From: Amoebidium appalachense | Taxonomy: Eukaryota; Protista; Ichthyosporea | Assembly (NCBI GenBank): GCA_963693365.1 | Contig: CAVNZM010000001.1 | Location: 20,592,125-20,656,124 of the forward strand | Direction of reading: 5' to 3' | Length of the DNA: 64,000 bases | Shown: piece by piece, positions 13,661 to 47,706 of the stretch | How positions within the stretch are numbered: position 1 is the stretch's first letter | How the letters are laid out: each line of letters starts with the position of its first letter | The notes under the pieces: generated by a model | What the model was told of the DNA's origin: nothing | Databases searched by the model: none | Seen by the model: only the letters and a program-made list of their open reading frames with translations | Made by a program: the position numbers and the translations under genes

Positions 13661-15034
13661 CGTTGAAACCGGACACGTCAAGGGTCAACAGGGAGAGAAT
13701 GAAAGGTACTGTAACGCGTGTGGTTTGGGCCTAAGTGCGACCGTCCAGTCGCGGGCACACACATTTGGCTGTGATAGCGTGAATACCCCCTGCCTCAGGA
13801 ATGTGTGCGTATACATCAGATTGGCTGCAAGATAGAACAACCCCGTAATGGACTTAGTTTGAGGCAGATGATTGGCCATAATCCACCACTGTAGATGGCG
13901 ACGTTTTGCGCAGCACACCTGGCCTTCCTGCAAGGCCTCCTATGAGTATGTACATCATGAGGCCTTGCGTTCATGAAGCACCAACAACGACTCTCTGACA
14001 ACGGCACCATTGCTTCAGTTGTTTATTATAGAGCAAGGCAAAAGCTAAATCACGGTAGAGCCAACCCCCCTCCCCCCCCCCCCCCCCCCCCCCCCGCCCC
14101 CCTTCTCCCACACACACACCAGCTAAGTGCCACACACTGACACACTACCACGCACAAGCACACGTACGCGCATTCTTACGCGCATGCATGCACGCCCTTT
14201 AGGCCAAAAGCCACACGGACGATGTAACACCGCTATCTTACTCTTGACCGAAATTCCACCACCCTGTGATGGCAACTGTCTGCTTTTTACAATCGAAAGC
14301 ATGGTAAACAGGCTACCTTAGCGTGGCTATAGGTGCATGAATTAGCAGAAGTTTTAGCACATCTATCGGTAAATTGTCACGCTTCGGTTGCTTCTGAGTT
14401 TTTGGATGCCACCGCCCCATCAACGGTCAAGCACATGTAGCACAAATACACGCGGCCACACCCACACACACCTACATTCGCGCACATACGCATCCAGTGG
14501 CTCACACTGCTACGTACATGTATGCACACACGTGCACTGAACACAGGCAGACATACACACACACTAATAACACAGCTCACGGGCACAGGGCACAAAAAGT
14601 TTTGTGGGTCAGGGTGGCTGAATCAACTTATGGTTAACGAGATGAGTCCAAAGGCGCACATAGACATAAAGGCAACCTTAAAATACAAGGCATAAAAGGC
14701 CATGTTGTTATGTGAAAACGTAACCATGGTAGCCACTATTCAAGCGAACAGAACCAGCTCAATGGTTGGTGGAAGGAAAATTGTTTACACAGTATAACGC
14801 ACATTATGCCCTAGGCTGGCAAATACAAGGATGAGGGCAAGCTCACTCCTTTGGCAGCAAGCGGAGCTGGGAGTAGACTGCACCTTTTCCATTCAGATTG
14901 GGTTGCAGCTCGACGCCACGTACAATTCCAACCCAAACGCGAACTGACCAATGAGTTATTTGTTTCTATCGAAGTCCTATCTGGCAATACCGCCCCTACC
15001 ACCTACTGAGGCAGTGTCTCCCTTTTCTTTCTTT

Positions 15035-15073
<39 letters not shown>

Positions 15074-16301
15074 CGCCTGAAGCAGATGTATAACGTCGCA
15101 CGTGCGGCAACACGTCAGTACATATTAGGTGCCAACCATCGTCCGAGTCAAAGCGGAAGATCCCTGTGGGTGAAAAAGTGATTTTTTTTGTACTAAAATG
15201 TGTTCGGTGAGTGCTTGTTATATCATTATATGCATTGCTGGTGTGCACACCGTGAACACAAACATGGCCTAGAGTGAGAGCTCAGCGGAGCTTCGTTAGC
15301 TTCGAACCAAGTACGTACAGTAGGTAAGCTGAGTTGTTTCCACGCATGACTCGAATCGCTCGATGTTTGTTTTAGCAGTGCAGATTCTTATAGCCAAATA
15401 TGGTGTGCAGTGCTTGCAGTGCCTATTGATTGGTGCACAAAACCTGTCTTTCCAGGGTAGCAAACGTCTAATGTACATAAATAATGGAAACCCGTCCACA
15501 GTTTTCTGCGGGGTCTGGAATCCTCGGCGGATGGGCTCTTTGCACAACTGATGTCAACATATTCGTAGGCCCATAGATTTGGTGTTAGTAAAGAGTGTTA
15601 TGACTTCAAGTGTGTGCGCAGTGGCGCACTTGACGTTTGTAAAACCCGGTTGGCAAGTCCGACGTCATGCACATGGTCAAACTCACGGTTTGTACGGTGG
15701 TGGCGCGGCGGAGCTTCTAATAATACCGGGAAGAAAAAAAGCAATTATCCGGGAAGGGCAAAGTTTTCAAACCCTCAAACACTTGCTTTCGTGGTGCTGT
15801 CTAGCCCAATCACACAGGGGAATTGCTGCGCACTCGAGTCGGCCTACATACAATCTGGCCAGACCGAGTTGTGGGCCGTGGCGAGGTGGCGACACGTCGA
15901 CTCGAGTGCGCAGCCTGGTCCTTTCGACTGGTCCTGTTTGGGTCAAGAGTCAAAACTTGGCAACTTGAAGAAGTTCACTTTGAGAAATTTTTGCAATAGT
16001 GAGCGCATTATCTGGCGCACAGCAGTGGCATACCTCAACTATAGTGCACGGCAGGGCCATCTTTTGCTATCAGTTCCGGCACCTTGAACTGTCGGCACGT
16101 TGTTGAGCTCGAGCTGTGCACAAGTTCCATAATTTCCGCTTACAGACGCTGCTACCTCCCTGTCAAAGGCCACAGCTAAAATCACCCACAGACCCACACA
16201 GAATAAGAGTAGTTTCAAATATTGCAAGCCCTTTCTATCTCGATAAATCACAAGCTCTTTGCCTTTCCTCTGACTAAGTGTACATCGAACAGGTGTCAAT
16301 C

Positions 16302-17728
16302 ATGGACGTGCTCAAGCGAAGGCTCTCGCTGCGGAACTCGGGGAGCCTCCCCACGGTAAACATATCCGTTCCCCGCAGGAAAAGCAGCCATGACAAATAT
16401 GCACTGTTCAAACACGCGGATATAAGCGCCGAAGCCCTGGGTCCCTACTCTGGGGGCTTGGTGGTACTCGATGATGACACAGACACCCAGCACACACCAC
16501 CACCTAGCCACGAGGGGGCAGGGAAGACCACAGAGACAGTCACGGTGTATGCGGCAGACGGGAGGGCAAAGTATGCCGGCAACTACCGCGGGGTGACCCT
16601 TGTGCAGGTGTGCGCTGTGATCCCCTCTGTCACTTGTGGTGGGTCATGTCTCACTCCGTGCATACACCGCATGAGAAACGTTTTCTGAACACAAACTCCC
16701 GTGTAGCGAAGACTACTTTGCTGATGAAAAAAAGCAACATATATTTTACTTTGATTGGGAAAATATTCTGAGACTGGGGTCTGTCTCGTGTTGCAACGTC
16801 AGTGCATGAGCGTTTCCATAACAGTTGTTGTCGTGCACCGTGCTTTTGCTCTACACTTTCCTATCGGGCTTGAATAGAACATTCCCCCCCCCCTGCCCCT
16901 GAACTTCCGCATAGCGGTTCCCTTCCAGCTCTTTGTTTGTTCCGTGCCACCACCTGGACCCCGCTACCCAAAATACGCAAAACGAGCTTTATTCCAAGCC
17001 ACAAGATCACAGAAAACATCGTGTGCTCAGGCAACGAACGGGGCCCTGCAGATAGCAGACGGACTGTACGTGAAGAAGGTGGATCCCCTCTCTGCACACG
17101 CAGCTGCTGGGCTGCTTGTTGGTGACCGCCTTGTGGCCTGTGCTGGCACCCTTGTGCACGTGCGCCCCAGCCAGGACCAGTACCACGCAAAGGAATTCTC
17201 CCGGCAGCTCAAGGTGCGTAGCCAGAGCCTTGCTCTTGCTTCTCAACCCCACATACTAGAAGTAGGGGCTTGGATTATCTAAGTAAGCAAAGTACTTCTC
17301 TCGTTGTGCTGCTGGAACAATTGGGCCTTTTGCTGTATGATGAACTAACAAGTGACTTGGGTTGGACACAGGCAACAACAACAGCGTGTGTTGTGCTCGA
17401 GGTTAGCCGCCGGGCACCAGTGGAGGTGTTCACGTTTCGAACACACAACTACACCACTACCCTTCACGATATAGGCGTGAGGGTCGTGGGCCACAGAGTG
17501 GCACAGGTGCTGGTGGACAGCCCGGCACACCTGGCAGGGCTGAGGGTGGGTGGGGGCATAATCCGTGTCAATGGGTGCCCTGCCCTGTGCAAGAGCGAGG
17601 AGGAGATAGCGAATACAACGGGGAGGGTGATAACTCTGGAGGTGGTTGAGTGGGCCCGGCTAGAGGAGATGATAGCTGGCCTGGGTGTTGCAGGCACACA
17701 CTTGGTCTACAACCTGAATGGCAGGTAG
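16302..17728 (+). CDS. Tandem PDZ-domain protein (syntenin-like)
   Basis: Exons 16302-16607, 17052 (or 17031)-17213, 17372-17728, GT-AG, phase 0. PDZ signatures GLYVKKVDPLSAHAAAGLLVGDRLVAC and IGVRVVGHRVAQVLVDSPAHLAGLRVGGGIIRVNG...ITLEV. Confidence 0.72.
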
Positions 17729-18739
17729 AGTTAAACATACTATTATTCTATTTCCGGGAAAGAATATAATATTTGAAAGCTGGCTGCTATGATGCGCCTT
17801 TGCAGAGCTTTGTTTATCTAGATTATTTTTTGCTTTTTTCCTTTAAAGTGTCATATTGTGCACCGCGTCCCAAAAACATAGTTCCATATGGTGCCTCTTT
17901 GTCGCGCAGGCAAGGTTGTAATTTGGCTTTGTTTTTTCGTTGTTGGTTCATGGAGTTGGGAAAGCCAAGAGGGAAAACCATATCCGTGAACACATACAAC
18001 GGCACAACCATGATGTTTACTATGCACATGATGTGGAGACTTGATGATGGACAATTGCAAGTTGACTCCTGATTCGTGTACATGTCGCTTATCACAAGGG
18101 TGATGTGTGTTTATGCCTGGCTGTGTGTGGTATGTACCGGGCTGGTGAGTGTTAATACAGCCAAATCCTTGACAGTAGTTATTATATGCATAGAGGGCAA
18201 GCCAATCCTTATGGTGGGTCTCAGGCAAGGGCAAAAAGGATGAAAACACTAGCCTGTCATGTTATAAGTAGATAAGTGAGCCCTTTTTGGCCGCTGTCCG
18301 GACCATATTGACTTGGCTGGTCTAAGGTCAGTATGTGCAAGTGCCACATGTACAGCCTCAGTCGCTACATATCCTTACGCGTAATAATGAAGTACGTAGG
18401 CAGGCCGATCCGGGTTGCTTGGGCCAGTATGGACCGACCCCTCCCACCCAACCCCATCTCCCATGAAACACACATACACACATGTGCGCCCGCCCCCGCC
18501 CACACACACCACCGAATCACTCCCCATTCTCTGCCACAGGCCAAACACCGGCGCAAGCTCAAACACAGTCTGTACATGTCGCCATTGCCTCTGTTGCACT
18601 GTATGCATATCATTCGTGCCGTTAACGCTGAACGAGGCAGTGCCATTGCACATATGCATACGCACAAAAAAAATCCACACTATATTTCCCTCTTTACCCT
18701 GCCCACCTTCCCCCCGTCCCCTCCCCCTGCCCCCCCTCC

Positions 18740-18773
<34 letters not shown>

Positions 18774-18780
18774 CCCCTCC

Positions 18781-18817
<37 letters not shown>

Positions 18818-19150
18818 CCCCCTCCCCCCTCCCCCCCCCCCCCCCCCCAAGGCTCTCCCCGCCTCCCAACCCCACCCACCCGGCCGCTTTTCGAGGGTCC
18901 AGTGGACACACATTTGTGCGGCGCACCGACCCGAACGTACCTCCCGTTTGGGCCCACAAATTTGTGCCCAGTACAACCAAACACACAGCTCACAGCCAAG
19001 CAGGAAGGAAAGCCCCGAACGAGATCTAGAAAAAGCACGGCTCACGAGAGGCACGGCTCGCGGTGACCCACACTGACCCACGCCCACTCCCATCGGGCCA
19101 TGATCATTGCAGGTGACCGGGCAGACAGCCTCGGGCACAGGAAGCCCGAT

Positions 19151-19205
19151 GTGACGTCACTGATACACTGTAGGCCAATCCAATGTGCGCTTTTTGGCGC
19201 CAAAA
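19151..19205. promoter_or_regulatory. Putative RAD5 promoter cluster: CRE-like palindrome, two CCAAT boxes, palindromic E2F-type site
   Basis: GTGACGTCAC 19151-19160; CCAAT at 19175 and 19180; TTTTGGCGCCAAAA 19192-19205; about 430 bp upstream of the ATG at 19633. Confidence 0.5.
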
Positions 19206-19632
19206 TCTGGGGCCGCCGGCGCCCTTCCGAAGTCTTCCTTCAGCCCGCAAGTGACGGTGTCACGGTCCACACACCGTACGTAGTACAGCCAACGTGAAAC
19301 AGCAGTCTGAGAGGAGGGGATCTTTTGCCCATAGTGCACACGTACATCAGGAAAAAATTAGCAAGAATAGACACCCCTCAAGATATACCCTTTTCTACCA
19401 CCCATCCCCTGTTTCACCCCCTTCCCCCCCCTCCCCTTTCGGCCCCCTCACCCGGTTCCCTTCCACTCCACCGGACCCCAACACACACATAAACAAACGC
19501 GCGCACACACAAACGCAACTTCAGGTTCCACCCTTCTGCCATTCGTAGACTACGCCCCAACCACCGCTACCGTCATCACAACACTCCGTTACAAGAGACA
19601 AACAGCCCCACGCTAGTGGGTGGGCCGGCAGT

Positions 19633-40145
<20,513 letters not shown>

Positions 40146-40736
40146 ACACGCAGAGGCAGCCGTGACCTACTGGAATTGTGGACGGCAAGTGACGAAGGTG
40201 ACTATGCAGACGTATGGATACGTGGGTGGAGTAGAAACTTAGTATTACTTGAATGTATGGTTTGGTGCAAATTCGCATATGTGGTGTTGGGTCACGCAAA
40301 AAAATGTATGAAGGAATGCTACTAGAATGATGTACCCTGGGATTTCCGTATGAAAGGTTGGTTGTGTATTTTTAGCACATAAGCATCATAGTTCAACTAT
40401 ACATATTCGCGATACTATTAGTTAATAAAATCTTATTGGTGCCACTTCCTGCTCTGCATGGTACAGTCTAAATTCATTGGACAGGAACTGCTCCTGTTGC
40501 TAGACAACCCCCCCCCCCCCACCCAAAAAAAAAAAAATAAAATAAATAAATAAAAAAAGAAGAAGAAGAAGAAGAAGAAGATAAGACAAAAAAAGAGAAA
40601 AACACCCGTCCGTCTTTCCAGCTTTGTTGTATTTACCATGTTCATTTTTCTTTCGTTTCATGTTCTTCCATTTCGACTTTTCTTCCCTCCCCCCTCCCCC
40701 CCCCCCCCCCCCCCCCCCCCCCCTTCCCCTTTCCTG

Positions 40737-40775
<39 letters not shown>

Positions 40776-41036
40776 CTTTTTTCCCTCCGAGGATTCGTGT
40801 GTGTACGTACACGTGTGTGGGCGCGGGGAGGGGGGGGGGAGAGGGAGGCACACAAGCACACGCACATGTGGGGAGGGGAGGGGTGAGGGGATGGGGGAGG
40901 GGGGAGGGGGGGCACACAAACACGCGCACAAGCACAGTGACTCACAAACACACACAAAATACAGGTACAGACCACATGTACACACACACACGCATACACG
41001 CACGCGTGCACACACACGCGCACGCGCACAGACACA

Positions 41037-41160
<124 letters not shown>

Positions 41161-41366
41161 ACATACCCACCGGCGTGGCTGGGGTGAATACCCTGGGCAA
41201 AGTGTGTGCAAATAGTTAGGATTGTTTAGAGGTGTGTTAGCTTAGCTAATAATACCGTAGCACCCTAGCTAGAGTACTGTACGTCCGGTGGTGGGTGGAA
41301 GACGGTATTTTCCCCTGAGGGCCTAAGTGGTCCCTTCGGGAACAAAATGGGATATATAAAAAAAAC

Positions 41367-41425
<59 letters not shown>

Positions 41426-42829
41426 CCCCCCACACACACACCAGTGCTGGTAATGCGCCCACCCGGCACGCTCTCTCTCACCACAGGTACGAACATTTAT
41501 AACCAAGCCAAGAAGACAAAAGTCCTTCCAGACCAATTTCAAATTAATTTCTTCTTTCCTTTGTTATGCACTTTGTTGTCGTTTATTCTTCTTTCATAAT
41601 TTAGTTTTTAACCTTTAGGCTTGGAGCTTCACGCACACCAGCTTTTACATCTACCACCACCTCCCAACAACAACACTAACATATGTGACTGTATGAACCT
41701 CAACCAACGTTCATGCACAGGGCAATCTTGGTGTTTGCACGTGGGCCCGGGTTACACGTCTGGTTGCTGGTTCATGGGAAAGCGCCTTTAGATCTACATG
41801 GTATTTAGTTAATCAAAGCACACTTACGGTGTGCAGCAGCCTTTTATGGTTCTTTTAGGAAGATAGTTAGCGGTTTGATCCAATGGAAGAACGCGTTGTG
41901 ATGCGGTATGGCGGTGGCTCACTAACAAAAGCCGTGGGGCAGTCGACACAGCTCAGTCGACACCACATGTACACCGCCATCGGAACAACTGACCCGCAAC
42001 CCTACTTGCTGCTAAAACTTCCTTGTGTGCTCCGCTAACTTTATGAGGTACGTTTTCTCCCACAGCCGTCATGTTAGTTCTTCTATTCACGTTCTTCACA
42101 CAAATGTCCTCATCTTGGGGTTGGATAACCACCTACTTATAATTACTTCATGCAAATGCTTGCCGCCACATGCATGCGCATGGTTGTCACAATTCAAACA
42201 TTTTGAACGTTCGTCTGAACATATGAACAGTTGCTTGCTATTTCTACTACATAACTTTCCTAGGAACCATGCCTAAACCTGTTTTACAAACACTGTTCAG
42301 CTTAACCTATCTAATGGTGAATGGCACGGCCAATGCTGCGACCGACCCACCTGTACATGTGCTGTTTTGTTCCTCTGTTCAATAACTGTGGCAATGACTG
42401 ACTATCACCATTCTTACTTTAAAGTTGGTACATACCCGTCTTGATGCATACACATGGGCCAATTGCATTTTCTGCTTGCAGATTCTGTGATGAGCGTGAC
42501 AGCAGCCCTCAGCAATCATCACCTGTTAAATTCACGAGCCTCATGAACTGTGGCCATTTCAGGTCACACTAGAGGATAGACGGCCATGGCCACGAGCTCT
42601 CCGGTTGCCTAGCCAGACAAGTACATCGGCATCGCAGAAGCACGCACAAGAATAAGGCGACGAGGCAGCAAAGGGAGAGTGACGGCTGCTCATCTGCAAA
42701 CCGTGACATCACTCAGGTAGGGCTAGGGTTTCATGATCAGCTTGCTGGGCAGGGCACAGTCATATGCATTCATAGTAAAGCAAGTTTTGGCATGTTTCGT
42801 TTCAACGGTTACGATTGCAGTTCAAAGTT

Positions 42830-44745
42830 TCTACTGTTTCGTCCTGTTGCTGACAGGCCCGTTTCTCGGAGCTTTGGTGGCAACTTTTGGGGTTTCTCCT
42901 CTTTGCCCCCTCCGTCTATGGTTTGTTTTTCTTTTTCGTTTCCAAGCCGGCCCGTGTTTTCCTTTCCTGGGTTGCCCATGAAATATTGTTTTGGACTTCA
43001 TTCTGCCCTTCCTTCCTATCTTTCCTGTCTTTGACAGGCCCGTTCCTCGGGCGGTGGTGGCAATTGTTTGGGGTTTCTCCTCTTTTCCCCCCTCCGCCTA
43101 TAGTTGTTCTTCTCATTTCAGAGCACATCTTGGTATGGCTGGGTTGTTTTTTGTTTGCTTTTTTATATCCTTCCTGGATCTGACAGGCCCGTTGTTCTCG
43201 GAGCTTTGGTGGCAACTGCTTGGGGTCCCTCCTCTTTTGCCCCCTCCGCCTGAGTTTCTTTTTTTCCCCCGTTTCATAACACATGATTTTCGTGTTTTGC
43301 TTGGTCGCGTCTTTTTACTCTTTCTTTCCTGTCTCTGACTGTCACAGGCCCGTTCCTCGGAGCTTTGGTGGCAACTGCTTGGGGTCCCTCCTCTTTTGCC
43401 CCCTCTGCCTGAGTTTCTTTCCCCCCCCGTTTCATAACACATGTTTTTAGTGTTTTGCTTGGTCGCGTCTTTTTACTCTTTCTTTCCTGTCTCTGACTGT
43501 CACAGGCCCGTTCCTCGGAGCTTTGGTGGCAACTGCTTGGGGTCCCTCCTCTTTTGCCCCCTCTGCCTGAGTTTCTTTTTTTCCCCCGTTTCATAACACA
43601 TGTTTTTAGTGTTTTGCTTGGTCGCGTCTTTTTACTCTTTCTTTCCTGTCTCTGACTGTCACAGGCCCGTTCCTCGGAGCTTTGGTGGCAACTGCTTGGG
43701 GTCCCTCCTCTTTTGCCCCCTCCGCCTGAGTTTCTTTTTTCCACCGTTTCATAACACATGTTTTTAGTGTTTTGCTTGGTCGCGTCTTTTTACTCTTTCT
43801 TTCCTGTCTCTGACTGTCACAGGCCCGTTCCTCGGGGCGGTGGTGGCAACTGCTTATGATCCCTCCTCTTTTGCCCCCTCCGCCTGAGTTTCTTTTTCCC
43901 CCCGTTTCATAACACATGTTTTTAGTGTTTTGCTTGGTCACGTCTTTGTACTCTTTCTTTCCTGTCTCTGACTGTCACAGGCCCGTTACTTGGGACGGTG
44001 GTGGCAACTGCTTGGGATCCCTCCTCTTTTGCCCCCTCCGCCTGAGTTTCCTGTTTTCGTTCCCCGTTTCATAACACATGTTTTTAGTGTTTTGCTGGGT
44101 CGCGTCTTTCTACTCTTTCTTTCCTGTCTCTGACAGGCCCGTTACTTGGGGCGGTGGTGGCAACTGCTTGGGGTCCCTCCTCTTTTGCCCCCTCCGCCCA
44201 TATTTGTTTTTTTCCCCGTTTCCAGGCACATGATTTGTTTGAAATTCCTTTGCACGCCTTTCTGCCCTATCTTTTCTTCCTGTCTCCGACAGGCCTTTTC
44301 CTCGGAGCTTTGGTGACAACTGCTTGGGGTCCCTCCTCTTTTGCCCTCTACGCCTAAGGTTTTGCCCCCTCCTTTTCTGCAACAAGTTTGTGTTTGTATG
44401 GCTGCTTTTTGTTTTGCACCTCTTTCAGGTTTGGTTGTTTTTTACTCGGCACGTCTGTTGGTTTTGTGCTTTGCTGGGTTGCGCTTTGTTTTGCGTGCCT
44501 TCGTAAGCTATCTTTCCTGTTTCTGACAGGCCCGTTTCTCGGAGCTCGAGGCAACTGTTTTGGGGTTCCTCCTCTTTGCCCCCTCTGCCTATGAGTTTTT
44601 TCCTCATTTTTCATGGACATTCTTAGCTGGGCTGCTTGTGTTTTGCACGAAGTTCCTACTCTATCTTTCCTGTCTCTGACAGGCCCGTTTCTCGGAGCTC
44701 GGGGCAACTGTTTTGGGGTTCCTCCTCTTTGTCCCCTCTTGTGTT
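42830..44745. repeat. ~158-bp satellite array, 12 copies
   Basis: Anchor ACAGGCC recurs at 42853, 43034, 43183, 43344, 43502, 43661, 43819, 43977, 44133, 44289, 44526, 44679. Central copies are near-identical with a 158-159 bp period; edge copies are diverged. Confidence 0.95.
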
Positions 44746-44758
44746 TTTTTTCGAGATA

Positions 44759-44850
44759 TGTGGCCCCCCGCCGGTGGGGGGCCACACAAAGTTTACAGAT
44801 TGTCGATCGCGGCGAAAAATGTGTGGCCCCCCACCGGCGGGGAGCCACAC
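44759..44850. other. Pair of GC-rich hairpins in inverted orientation
   Basis: GTGGCCCCCC-GCCGGT-GGGGGGCCAC (44760-44785) and its reverse complement TGTGTGGCCCCCCACCGGCGGGGAGCCAC (44820-44848, 1 mismatch), about 31 bp apart. Confidence 0.85.
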
Positions 44851-44906
44851 TCGGCTGGGATATAGAGCTTTGTCATTCATTGTTGTAATACACTGTCTTG
44901 TAATGC

Positions 44907-47706
44907 TTTTTTTTTATAATGACTTTATTGATATGCTCAGCAAAATAGAAGCCATCGAGATATCACCGATATCTCGGAGAAGAAAATACAAAAGCCCTCA
45001 CTCTCGGATACGGAGGAGATAACGACTTAAATAATAATACACCCTAGAAAAATCGTTAAACATACCGTGGTTCAACAGATAGTCAATAGACGTAATAGCA
45101 GGATTATCTAAATAAGCCAGTCTTCTAATTTCTAACGGAATAATCTGAGATAAATAAATACATCTATCTTAGTGTTTACGAGAAAAAGGTTCTGCACAAA
45201 AGTGGCACAAAAAAACATTTATGGAAACAAAGGTTACGGCGCCAAAATAAACATTTCCAAGCTATATCACAAGGAGGGGTTAGAATTGCAAAATCGGTAA
45301 GTGTGGTAGGTTTACGAGAGGAAGGATAAATATAAGTAGCTAATTTACACAACGATTGTAAAGAAAATAGACGAGTCTCTAATATAAAAAGAAGCACAGG
45401 CTCAAGTGTCCTACCATGATACTCTTTATCACAACGATGAAGCAAAGGATATTGAGTATGAAACCAAGTAACATACTGCTGATAACTAGTAGAAGAGAAA
45501 AATAAAGGAGATAAGTATTTAAAAGGATATCTCGGAATGGGAGAGAGATTGGGGATAGGACATTTCGCACGAACATTAGAAATGCCGGGAACAGGTGCTA
45601 AAGAAGGAAAGAATTGCAACAAAGGATGATAAGAAGGAAGCCTACCCAAATGAAAACAAAAGCGAAGTCCTAATTCATTCATACGCTGGCGCGCCGGAGG
45701 GAGACCAAAAAAACACAGCAAGGGAGCCGCCAAAGGATGCCTACGCGAGGTTCGAGAAATAAACTATATAAATTCACGCGGAAAGGAATCGAATTCCCGA
45801 AGGCCGTGCGCTGTTGCCGTGGAGGGGCACACAAGAGTAACGGGAGGCCATATTCGAAACATGGACGAAGAAAAACTTTATAAAGAGTGATCAAATTGGC
45901 AGGATGAATATTAGAGATATTTGCAAATATTCCTTGATAGATATGTAAGCGACCACGCGCACGAGAAATGCGCGAAGTCAAAAGGTGCTCAAACCAGATA
46001 CCCTTAGAGGTGAAAGGAATACCTAAATAGTCATAGGAGGACACGATTGGGATAGGTTGATTGTTCAGAGTGTACTGTGCATTGGAAGAAAAGGTGCCGC
46101 ATTTATCTATCCCAATTTTCATGAAATTTCGGAAACACCAGTCATCTACTCGAGAAAGCATGTTATTCATGACAGAAGGATCGTGAGTGACTAAGACAAT
46201 ATCATCAGCGAAAAAAAGGCCGGAGACACAAGAGTCGCCGGCAACTGGAAATTGTTGAATTTCTACCGCTAAGTCGTCAATAAAGATATCAAAGAGAAGG
46301 GGACTCAAAAGTGAGCCCTGTAAAAGGCCTCGAGTACGATTGAATCCGTTACTCAGTACCCCATTCACAACGGCAGCCCCATGGGTGCGGCCAAATAACG
46401 CCTGAAGTAGTCGACCAAAGGGAAGAGGTAGCTTTCGAGAGGCCAACTTGTGCCACAGCAAATTCGTTGGAACCGTGTCATAGGCATTCTTAAGGTCGAT
46501 AAAGCATACCTCGCGACATCCAGAACGAATAGTGTCGTGTAATAGAAGAGCATGAGTATAGCACGAATAAGCACGCTGAAATCCGCCCTGAATGTTGCTC
46601 AACCGGAAGACACTCGATAAAGTCTCATGCTTGTGGAAGGCACGCAATATGCAGGACTCGAATAGGCGACGAAATATGTTAGTTAAGGTGACTAGCCGGA
46701 AGGAAGAAATCGGACCAGTAGAGACCTTCTTGCGGACGGGATTTATGATGGTGTCATTCCACGACGAAGGAATGAATCCCAACTCATAGAAGGCAGAGAA
46801 AAACTCGCTCACCAAATACGCAAAGGGGGGTGGAGGCGGCGTATTCCCGCCTTTGGTAATAACGGGCGGAGGGCACAATGCCTTAAGAAGCGCGGATGGA
46901 AGGGCATCCGGACCACAAGCCTTCTTGGGTTTTAGGGCAGAAATAGCACGTTGAACACGGTGTGCAGCATTAAAATAGCTCAAATATTCGCCTGGCAAGG
47001 AAGAATCAATCGGCCAGGAAGGTGGTGTGGAGAGTAAAGAATACGAAGGGTGCGTGGAAGGAGCAGAATTAAGGTGGAACAATTCGGAATAATAGTCATC
47101 TGTGGAATGAGTGTGTCGGGTTTATCAGGGCCACATGTAATAGTGATGGAAGGGCCAAATCGTCCTAGACTCTTGAGGGTGGGAATACAAGAATCGTGGG
47201 AAAGTGTTTGGCCTAAGGTGAGAGATGGTCGTAACCTAACATACGGATATGCGACACTACCGACCACTCTATCACTTAATTCAAATAGAAAATCAACAAG
47301 AAGAGAATAACATACCTCAAGGAGATACGGGTCCCTCCGCTGTCGAGCATCCTGCACGGCTTGCAGGAGGGTGAGGTGAATCTCCTTATAGGCATTTTGA
47401 ATACTAAGCCGATTGAGTTCATCCTTAAATTTGAGACTAATAAGGCGTTTAGTTACACGAACAGTGTGTGGCGAAACAGGAGTGGAAATTTGAATAATAA
47501 TAGGCTTGTGGTCAGATGCAGTAGAAAGCGCAGCGTCGGCGCTGGCGGAAAGCGGGGCGGGGAAAAACGAACGGTTGAAGCCCAAATAGAAGCAAACCAG
47601 TCCGTACGATGAGTAGCCTCAATCTGTGGAAGGCGAAGGTAAAAACTTTCCGTAGTTCTGCACCCAGGCGAGTCCCACCAGGGCATCCGATCCCCAATGC
47701 GCTACA
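44907..47706 (-). mobile_element. Decayed non-LTR retrotransposon (APE remnant, RT, CCHC), 5'-truncated
   Basis: APE C-terminal SDHKPIII (~47515). RT ORF 47082-45679 with KACGPD, IPSSW, QGGF, FIDLKNAYD, GLLQGSLLSPLLF, FFADD, YDYLG, LRPCFEYG. CHFC...RKH*DRC knuckle (~45215-45160) and IDYLLN. Frameshifts near 47090, 45760 and 45215. AATAAA (complement at 44924-44929) followed by an A9 tail (44907-44915). Confidence 0.9.
45679..47082 (-). pseudogene. Non-LTR reverse transcriptase ORF fragment (467 aa open)
   Basis: All RT core motifs, including FADD, are in one frame, but the frame is bounded by frameshifts on both sides. Confidence 0.88.

Noticed and set aside
18240-19140. Possible divergent gene upstream of RAD5
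   Set aside because: No consistent spliced frame or recognisable motif could be built.
41200-42790. Complex, microsatellite-poor intergenic DNA left of the satellite
   Set aside because: No convincing ORF, TIR or RNA motif found by eye; left unannotated.
42733-45022. Repetitive Lys/Arg/Gly-rich ORFs over the satellite
   Set aside because: Unit length varies (158/159 bp and others), so frames shift between copies; no consistent coding frame.
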